64,000 nt of DNA from positions 32,001 to 96,000 of IMG/VR virus record IMGVR_UViG_3300045988_160931, one strand, 5' to 3'. Shown piece by piece: positions 57,760 through 64,000 of this stretch. Below the pieces are notes generated by a model. That model was given only the letters and a program-made list of their open reading frames with translations, was not told the origin of the DNA and searched no databases. Each line of letters starts with the position of its first letter. Position 1 is the stretch's first letter. This stretch comes from a virus. A program made the position numbers and the translations under genes.

Positions 57760-57775
57760 AATTCATCCTCCTTCC

Positions 57776-59344
57776 TTAATATAATTTTGCTTTATGACTC
57801 ATTTTAGCCAACGCAGCAGCATAAACCATAGCGTCAAATTCATCTTCTTCATCATCAAGTTTTGATTCTAATTGCGTCATCACATAATAATTATAAGCCA
57901 ATGAACTATATCTATCTTTACGCATACCACTTTTTTCTTTTATTCTTATGTTTGTACCTTTTACTTCGTATTGTAAATTTATCAATTCATAAACCAATAA
58001 ACTTGTCTGTATATATGGCATCTTATACATTAACTGCTCTTCGGGAGTGAGTTTTTCAAAGTTCTTTATTGTGGCTTTCAGTTCTTTTTCCGCCTCTGAT
58101 TCATTCAACAAGAGATTTATCTTACCTGAAATAAAGGCGTTCCTAAGCATAACACAAATATCATTATTAAATTGTACGGTGCCTTTGATTGACCAAATAA
58201 CCTTTGGTGCATCTGCCACCTTACAACGTTCTTCCATCGCTTTATTATTACAGCAGGAGAGTGCAGGGTATGTTTCGCCAGTTTCCGGGTCTATAATATC
58301 TTTAATTAACATATCATATACACCAAGTCCTGTGCCGGCAGTATCAATTACTAAATCAGTACAGTCAAATATACTAAATAATCTGCGTATCTTTAATGCT
58401 AGATCATCTGTTGTCATTCCTTCAACATTTTCAAGGTACACAATATTTGCGATATATCGTTTGCCATTTGGTTTTGCCGAATTGATAATAATTGAACTAG
58501 CATCGTTAGAGTTCTTATGTTTTGATGCCATCAACGCAATATCAATAGACAATATTCTTCTTTCATCCGGTGCCAGATCAGGTAGTTTAGACCTTTTGGA
58601 CATAACTGTCCGATTTGTATAAAATGCCGTTTTTATCTTTCTTCTACGTGATATATCATTGAATGTAAAGAATGAACCATCAGTATCTCGAATAGGTAGG
58701 CAGCCCATTTCCATTTGGAACATACGTTCATCAAAATCTTCCTCTGACATTTCATCTTCGATTTCAATTCGCTTTTTCAAGCCTTCTTTAATTGCAATTT
58801 GATAAGGTAAGGCACAGACAAAATAACCGGTTCTACCGCCTAATAAATTGAATGTGAAAGCTTTGGATTTTTTGTAAGACCAGTGACTTTCAAACCAACA
58901 GGATGACATATAAATTTCAATATTAGTTTCAAGAAGTTCTGGCTTGCCTTGATATTCTTTCTTGCTTAAATAAGCTGGTTGTCTAGGCGAACCCAAGAAT
59001 CTTTTTAATACAGTATCGATCGTATCTTTGTCGAGCATTCTAAATTCATCCAATACCAATACATTGGCACGGTTACCTCTAGCATTGTCGCCACCTGTAA
59101 CAACTTTTATCCAAGAACCATTATGGAAATTGATATAAGCCAAATTATAACCTATTGAAAAGTTTTTTATCTCTCGTCTTAAATTTTCCGAACCTTCACC
59201 ATAGTTTTTCATAAAATCATCGACAATTTTTGAGAGTACTTCATTCGCTTGTGACCTAGTTGCAGACGCTACACAAATTTTTGTTTTAGGGAATAGGATG
59301 CAGCGAACAACGCAAAATAACGCTGTTAGCCAGGTTTTACCAAT
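57776..59344 (-). CDS. terL: terminase large subunit, exon 2
   Basis: Begins inside Walker A ('IGKTWL'). Walker B 'VLVLDEF'. C-terminal nuclease-like half. No SD; the listed start is a TTG. Confidence 0.85.
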   Translation of the reverse strand: MGKTWLTALFCVVRCILFPKTKICVASATRSQANEVLSKIVDDFMKNYGEGSENLRREIKNFSIGYNLAYINFHNGSWIKVVTGGDNARGNRANVLVLDEFRMLDKDTIDTVLKRFLGSPRQPAYLSKKEYQGKPELLETNIEIYMSSCWFESHWSYKKSKAFTFNLLGGRTGYFVCALPYQIAIKEGLKKRIEIEDEMSEEDFDERMFQMEMGCLPIRDTDGSFFTFNDISRRRKIKTAFYTNRTVMSKRSKLPDLAPDERRILSIDIALMASKHKNSNDASSIIINSAKPNGKRYIANIVYLENVEGMTTDDLALKIRRLFSIFDCTDLVIDTAGTGLGVYDMLIKDIIDPETGETYPALSCCNNKAMEERCKVADAPKVIWSIKGTVQFNNDICVMLRNAFISGKINLLLNESEAEKELKATIKNFEKLTPEEQLMYKMPYIQTSLLVYELINLQYEVKGTNIRIKEKSGMRKDRYSSLAYNYYVMTQLESKLDDEEDEFDAMVYAAALAKMSHKAKLY

Positions 59345-60671
59345 CAATTTTGTTATCCTATAAGCTTTTTATCTTATAGTTCTTATAGTTTCCTATAAGT
59401 TCAGCATATATTTTCATCCTCGTTTTACGTTAGGTTTGAGAATTGCAAATTCTCTCATATTACACTATATGTAATAATGCCGGACACTCTTGGAGAGATT
59501 ATTCTTTTCGTCACTCTCTATGCGTTACAATTCTATTTGACCTTTTAATTCCAAATAGTTATCTCGGTATTGTCATATAACATAGTTACTTAGATTTCCA
59601 CCGATTTTGCCCGATTTATACTTGATTATCACTAACCAAGAGAGCATTTACTTTGTAATAATTTGAATTTATTATACTTTCTATCTAATTTTTGAACATT
59701 TTCGTTATAATATAAAAGTTCCATCAAACGATATGCTTCTTTTCCATTAAAATAAATTCTATGCTTTCTAGGCGTCTCAGAATATACATGTGATTTAATA
59801 GAATAGTCATGGCTAACTCTATCAGATATATACTCTAACGCTTTTTTATTATATGATGTGATATGAACAGTTGGATAATACTTTTTATTTTTATTGACAT
59901 AAATGCACCCATCGCCATCTATATATCCTCTTAAAAAATCAATAAAATATTGTTTTAGTACAGGAAATTCTGACATATATGTTTTATTGCAAACAATGTT
60001 TTTATCAATCAAATCTTCTACTAATTTTTTTGAATAAACTCTCAAACTAACAAGATCTGAAACGGTAACATTTTTATTATTCAAAATAACTCTTTCAAAA
60101 TGATTTTCTTTAATCTCGTGTACTCCGCCAAGTTCATTATTTAAGTCAATTAAAACCTGTTTATCACTCTTCTGCAATCTCATACAAAATTCATAGCTTC
60201 TATTTTCAGAATTGCATATCACGCATCCATCAGCATAAATATATCCTAACCAATATGCTTTATCTGGTGTATCAATTTTTTCAAAATAATTATCGTTGAA
60301 CTTTCTGCTTTTATTTTCTAAATAATGCTCTGCATAATGTCTAATTTGTCTTTCTGAGAACCCAAGCTTATTAGCTATATATTTATAGGAATATTTTTTA
60401 TAATTTTGCTCCATATATTTTTTGTCATTGCTGGAAAATATAGAACGATTAGATTTCTTCTTCCCATTATTATGAATCCACCCAGCTATTTGAGTAGCAG
60501 AATAATTAGTTCCTAATTTAATAGCTATTTCCTTATATGACATATTTTCATAATTATTTGAAATAAAAGTCTTTTGATTTTCATTAAACAATTCTCTTAT
60601 AATAAACACCTCTTTTAATAAAAAAGAGGTGGGCGATATTTATTCGCCAAACCTCATTATTACATTTATAT
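59345..60671 (-). mobile_element. group I intron (boundaries +/- a few nt) carrying a LAGLIDADG homing-endonuclease ORF
   Basis: It splits the Walker A codons. Exon 1 ends '...FWAARS' with U and the intron ends with G before ATT GGT AAA, so the splice restores 'AARSIGKT' in frame. It shares five collinear blocks with the dnaE intron. Confidence 0.8.
59632..60609 (-). CDS. LAGLIDADG homing endonuclease (double-motif) with N-terminal tandem HTH-like modules
   Basis: 'YWLGYIYADGCV' and 'FLRGYIDGDGCI'. Confidence 0.9.
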   Translation of the reverse strand: MFIIRELFNENQKTFISNNYENMSYKEIAIKLGTNYSATQIAGWIHNNGKKKSNRSIFSSNDKKYMEQNYKKYSYKYIANKLGFSERQIRHYAEHYLENKSRKFNDNYFEKIDTPDKAYWLGYIYADGCVICNSENRSYEFCMRLQKSDKQVLIDLNNELGGVHEIKENHFERVILNNKNVTVSDLVSLRVYSKKLVEDLIDKNIVCNKTYMSEFPVLKQYFIDFLRGYIDGDGCIYVNKNKKYYPTVHITSYNKKALEYISDRVSHDYSIKSHVYSETPRKHRIYFNGKEAYRLMELLYYNENVQKLDRKYNKFKLLQSKCSLG

Positions 60672-60860
60672 ACTCCGTGCAGCCCAAAACATAAAATGGT
60701 TATTGTGCATCATCGCATAAATCAAAAACTTCTGAAATAATTTCAATTTTATATTCAGATATTCTTCCACAAAACGCTGGGGATTCTCTCGATAAAAACT
60801 ACCCCAAATTCCAACGCCTTCAAGAAGCTTATCATTCACAGTGCTTTTTATTTCTATCAT
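60672..60860 (-). CDS. terL: terminase large subunit, exon 1
   Basis: ATG 60860 lies 7 nt after SD GAGGTG, right after the upstream stop. 63 codons end in '...HFMFWAARS', the first half of Walker A. Confidence 0.8.
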
Positions 60861-60873
60861 AAAAAAACACCTC

Positions 60874-61950
60874 TTATTCATCAGAAGATTCTTGCCCGAA
60901 TAAAGCATCGAACAGTTCTTCTGTATCATCAGATTCAATTTTTTCTGGTCTAGTTACTGTATATTTTTGAATAAACTTATCATACATTTCAGTAACAGCA
61001 TTCTTCAAATTCATCATCTTTGCAAGATGCCCCTTAAAGAACACATCTAAATATCTACCAATATGATCTACGTCTTTTAATTCTTCATCTACACCGGGTA
61101 AAGGCCTAGTGTTTTCATATTTATCAAGCAACACTCCAAATGATTGTGCAGAATTTACATCTTCCGAAGATGCCTGTTTTGGCTGTAACTTTGCAGAATC
61201 CATAAGCTTAATCAAAGTTAAATCCAAATCTTTTGTATCTTCTGCATTTAGAGTCTTTTTGTGTATCGCAAGTTGAGTAAAACAAATTCGCTTAAAGATT
61301 TCTTCTTGGGCTTTTGAATTGCATTCATGCCGTGAAATCCAATCTTCATACTGGGTTTGTAAAAACTCATAGTCTGAATCTAAAAGTCCATATCCAAATG
61401 TTTTCTTTGTCTCTTCCGAAATCTTATTCGCAACTTGATTTTTCACAGCAGTAGATACCATATGCTTCTCTACTTCTGGTGAAATATCATCCATTAAGTC
61501 AGATGTATCTTTATCTTTTTCAACAGGGACTAAATCTCCAACAGCATCTATCTTAAATAATGCTTCATCAAGCCCCATATCCTTGTATTGTGACATACTT
61601 AATGTTTGAATATAGGCAGTTAAAACGCTCTTAAAACGTCCATCAGAGAATTTTCTAAAAGCGGAATCAAACAACTCTTCAGACCAATACCAATCAAAAT
61701 TCAAGCACAATCTACGAATTGTATTCTTCTGAAAGTTATATGGATTTATTTTCTTAAATTTACTTGCATATTCATTATAAAGAATATCTACACACTTCTT
61801 GCAAATTGGTGTTTTTCCATACGTTTCCTTATAAAATTCGCTTTTTACTGCATAGAATTTACTAGATGGTTGTGTTACACCACAATGGCAGCATCTTATA
61901 GTCTCTTTTTTAGGACGGCCTCTCGGTCTCGCATTCGCTATATTTTCCAT
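60874..61950 (-). CDS. putative small terminase / DNA-binding packaging protein
   Basis: Immediately upstream of terL. N-terminal AT-hook-like 'RPRGRPKK' and Zn ribbon 'CCHCG...CKKC'. Confidence 0.4.
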   Translation of the reverse strand: MENIANARPRGRPKKETIRCCHCGVTQPSSKFYAVKSEFYKETYGKTPICKKCVDILYNEYASKFKKINPYNFQKNTIRRLCLNFDWYWSEELFDSAFRKFSDGRFKSVLTAYIQTLSMSQYKDMGLDEALFKIDAVGDLVPVEKDKDTSDLMDDISPEVEKHMVSTAVKNQVANKISEETKKTFGYGLLDSDYEFLQTQYEDWISRHECNSKAQEEIFKRICFTQLAIHKKTLNAEDTKDLDLTLIKLMDSAKLQPKQASSEDVNSAQSFGVLLDKYENTRPLPGVDEELKDVDHIGRYLDVFFKGHLAKMMNLKNAVTEMYDKFIQKYTVTRPEKIESDDTEELFDALFGQESSDE

Positions 61951-61962
61951 AAAATCACCGCC

Positions 61963-63153
61963 TTAATGCAAAATAACGGGATACATACACTGTACCCCGT
62001 TACTATCACATATTAAAACTGTCTGAGATGGTTTCCCAGTCAATCTTTTTTGTACGCAATAATCATCGCCGCTGCCACCAAGACACCCAGATCGAACCAT
62101 ATAAACATCTGAAATTACCTCCATCGCAGGAGTATGATAATGTCCAAATAAAACTCCGGCTGGTTTCTTCCCAGTAGCAAGTACTAAATTAGATAGCCCT
62201 CTCTTAGAGAAACTATCATAATCACCATGGCAAATATAATAATCAAGTCCCTCAACTTGAATATAATTTAACGATGTTTCATTTGATGAAACCGAATGAA
62301 AGTTAGGAATATGTTTCAAAGAATTACAAATATACCAACTTATCAGATCATCAAGTCTCTCGTCTTTCATAGAATCATCTTTCTTAGAAGTAATTCTTGA
62401 ATGGTTCCCAGAAACATTTGCGAAACAAACATCGTCAAACATATTTGTGAGTTTATACAAAAAGTCAGAAACTAATTCAGAAGCTTTAATAACTTGCTGA
62501 ATAACATTTTCTCGATTAGTAACAGCAATCGTATAGTGGATATTACCAGAAACAAGATCGCCTAAACCGACAACAAATGCTTTAGAAATGCAATTCATTT
62601 CTCTTATAATTTCTATCTTCTGCAAGTATTCATCCAATCTTTCTTTCGCAATATCCGAATTGTATTTCCCAAATATAGAATCATACGTTGCACCAATATG
62701 TAAATCTGACAAACAGATCATCATTGTTTTATCGTCACAATATGGAATTTGCTGTGTTTTTGCAATTTGGTTTACAGGATATTTCACTTCGCATGACCTG
62801 CGAATAATATCCTCTAAATAATCTAATCGTTGTTCTACTCTTGCATCAGAATAATTCTGTTTTTGCCATGCGTTTCTTTCGTCTCTAAATTGAATCTTTG
62901 CACGTTCTAATTCACGTTTCTTTTGTTCAAGTTCTTCAATTTGCTCGTCTATATCAGACAATTTTTTCTGATTAGAATTATACATTCTATCGAAATACTG
63001 TCGTTCTTTTCGAAATTTACTTTCTGTATAATTTGTGCCTAACAGTTCATTTAATATATCTGCAACCTTTTGCCATGAGCCGATAAGTTCCTTATCACTC
63101 GTAATTCGATAGATCAATTCTTCATCTGTCTCATTTTCAAATCTCTTATACAT
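61963..63153 (-). CDS. calcineurin-like metallophosphoesterase with N-terminal coiled coil
   Basis: 'LSDLHIG', 'GLGDLVSG', 'SGNHS' and 'GHYHTP' motifs in canonical order. Confidence 0.75.
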   Translation of the reverse strand: MYKRFENETDEELIYRITSDKELIGSWQKVADILNELLGTNYTESKFRKERQYFDRMYNSNQKKLSDIDEQIEELEQKKRELERAKIQFRDERNAWQKQNYSDARVEQRLDYLEDIIRRSCEVKYPVNQIAKTQQIPYCDDKTMMICLSDLHIGATYDSIFGKYNSDIAKERLDEYLQKIEIIREMNCISKAFVVGLGDLVSGNIHYTIAVTNRENVIQQVIKASELVSDFLYKLTNMFDDVCFANVSGNHSRITSKKDDSMKDERLDDLISWYICNSLKHIPNFHSVSSNETSLNYIQVEGLDYYICHGDYDSFSKRGLSNLVLATGKKPAGVLFGHYHTPAMEVISDVYMVRSGCLGGSGDDYCVQKRLTGKPSQTVLICDSNGVQCMYPVILH

Positions 63154-63172
63154 TCTCTATCCTCTATAAAAA

Positions 63173-63646
63173 TTATACGTTTAGAATAGTTTCCTTTGTA
63201 AATGTTGGTGCTTTGCTACGAATATCTTCCATGATTGCAGCAATATCTTTCACAACAACTTCATCAAAAACAACACAATATGCTTGTGCAACTAATTCCT
63301 TCGTTGTTAAAACATTGGAATCAAGTGCAGATTGAGGAATCTTTGCAGTATCGATCTTGTACAATGCTTCAAAATCTTTGTCCAGCAAAATTTCTTTGTT
63401 TGAAAGTACAGGAAGTGTAACTTTTACAACACTATCGCTTACTGAATCATCGGTAACTTCAAGAGCAGAACCAACTAACTTTACATTTTTGGAAAATGTT
63501 AAATTTCGATATGTTACTTTAGAAGGGAAGTCCCGTAAAATCTCTCTTTCTTCATCCTCTGACAAAGTTTCGGTTCCAAGAGAATCAATTGTAATTTTTG
63601 TTGAGAACACATGGTTCTCTATATCATGAGTAATTTTCAAATACAT
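63173..63646 (-). CDS. hypothetical protein
   Basis: 157-aa ORF, SD AAAGGA. Confidence 0.5.
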   Translation of the reverse strand: MYLKITHDIENHVFSTKITIDSLGTETLSEDEEREILRDFPSKVTYRNLTFSKNVKLVGSALEVTDDSVSDSVVKVTLPVLSNKEILLDKDFEALYKIDTAKIPQSALDSNVLTTKELVAQAYCVVFDEVVVKDIAAIMEDIRSKAPTFTKETILNV

Positions 63647-63915
63647 TTTTTATCATCCTTTATTTGATTTCTTATTTGAGATAATGCACGAATCAAAACA
63701 TTGATCTTGTCATAATCTAATTTTCCACTAATTTCAGTGTTGTCAGTAATTGCATCCGACATAGTTATCTGAATATTTCCTTCATTTTCTAAATAATCAA
63801 GCCGAAGTATAATATCTTTAATCAATTCGAACTCAATCCCAGACGCAATAGGGGATGAGTCATATTTTCTATATTCTACTTTTACAGTATCACTATTCGT
63901 AATCGTAATCGCCAC
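63637..63915 (-). CDS. hypothetical protein, first gene of the minus-strand operon; start uncertain
   Basis: The GTG directly abuts the SD-like AAAGGGTG. In-frame ATT codons follow. Confidence 0.4.
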   Translation of the reverse strand: MAITITNSDTVKVEYRKYDSSPIASGIEFELIKDIILRLDYLENEGNIQITMSDAITDNTEISGKLDYDKINVLIRALSQIRNQIKDDKKCI

Positions 63916-64000
63916 CCTTTACAAAATTTAATTTATATAGCAAAAGACAGCCCAGAAATATATCTAAGCTGCCTTTTGTTTACTTTAGGAGGTATCAAAA

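Noticed and set aside
63342-63351. A 10/11 match (TTTGCAGTAT) to one arm of the dif-like palindrome, which could have marked a second recombination site.
   Set aside because: It is only a single half-site inside a coding region, with no inverted partner or spacer. This fits a chance match.
1-64000. Looked for CRISPR arrays, DGR components (reverse transcriptase plus template/variable repeat pair), transposases/IS ends, complete tRNAs and rRNA.
   Set aside because: I saw no regularly spaced direct repeats, no RT-like ORF (YxDD) in the six-frame track and no transposase motifs. The only tRNA-like sequence is the 3' half at 23651-23696.

Overview
The window is almost entirely phage DNA. It comes from a large, AT-rich temperate siphovirus-type phage of a low-GC host, probably an anaerobe because it carries nrdD/nrdG. 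It is captured in the unintegrated (attP) configuration, and the genome continues beyond both window edges.

The left arm (1-23.5 kb, + strand) holds replication, nucleotide-metabolism and DNA-modification genes. These are a primase fragment, a C5 methyltransferase, a frameshifted DPPY-type methyltransferase, a PAPS-reductase-like protein, a PD-(D/E)XK nuclease, a DnaE-type polymerase, a RecD-like helicase, NrdD/NrdG, dUTPase, ThyX and an RNA-ligase-like protein. The arm ends in a tyrosine integrase and an attP-like region built around a tRNA 3' half.

A strongly promoted, terminator-flanked orphan gene follows at 24.2-25.3 kb.

The right arm (25.4-63.9 kb, - strand) is one long late operon. 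It runs from two unknown genes through a metallophosphoesterase, a putative small terminase, large terminase, portal, head genes, major tail protein, a 2874-aa tape measure, Dit, an 1883-aa tail-tip/fibre protein and extra fibre genes to the holin and amidase endolysin.

Most notable observations:
1. Two paralogous group I introns, each with a LAGLIDADG ORF, split the polymerase and the large terminase.
2. At least three genes (nrdG and two fibre genes) have no canonical start codon and appear to start at AUA/AUU after good Shine-Dalgarno (SD) sequences. One follows its neighbour in the same frame across a single TAA.
3. A second, Xer/Cre-like tyrosine recombinase and a RecU-like nuclease sit inside the tail module, next to a perfect 11-6-11 dif-like palindrome.
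4. The distal 2.8 kb of the tail-fibre gene is a GC-rich foreign block.
5. A methyltransferase is interrupted at a G6 tract.

I saw no rRNA, complete tRNA, CRISPR array, reverse transcriptase or transposase. All functional calls rest on motifs read by eye. No database search was run.
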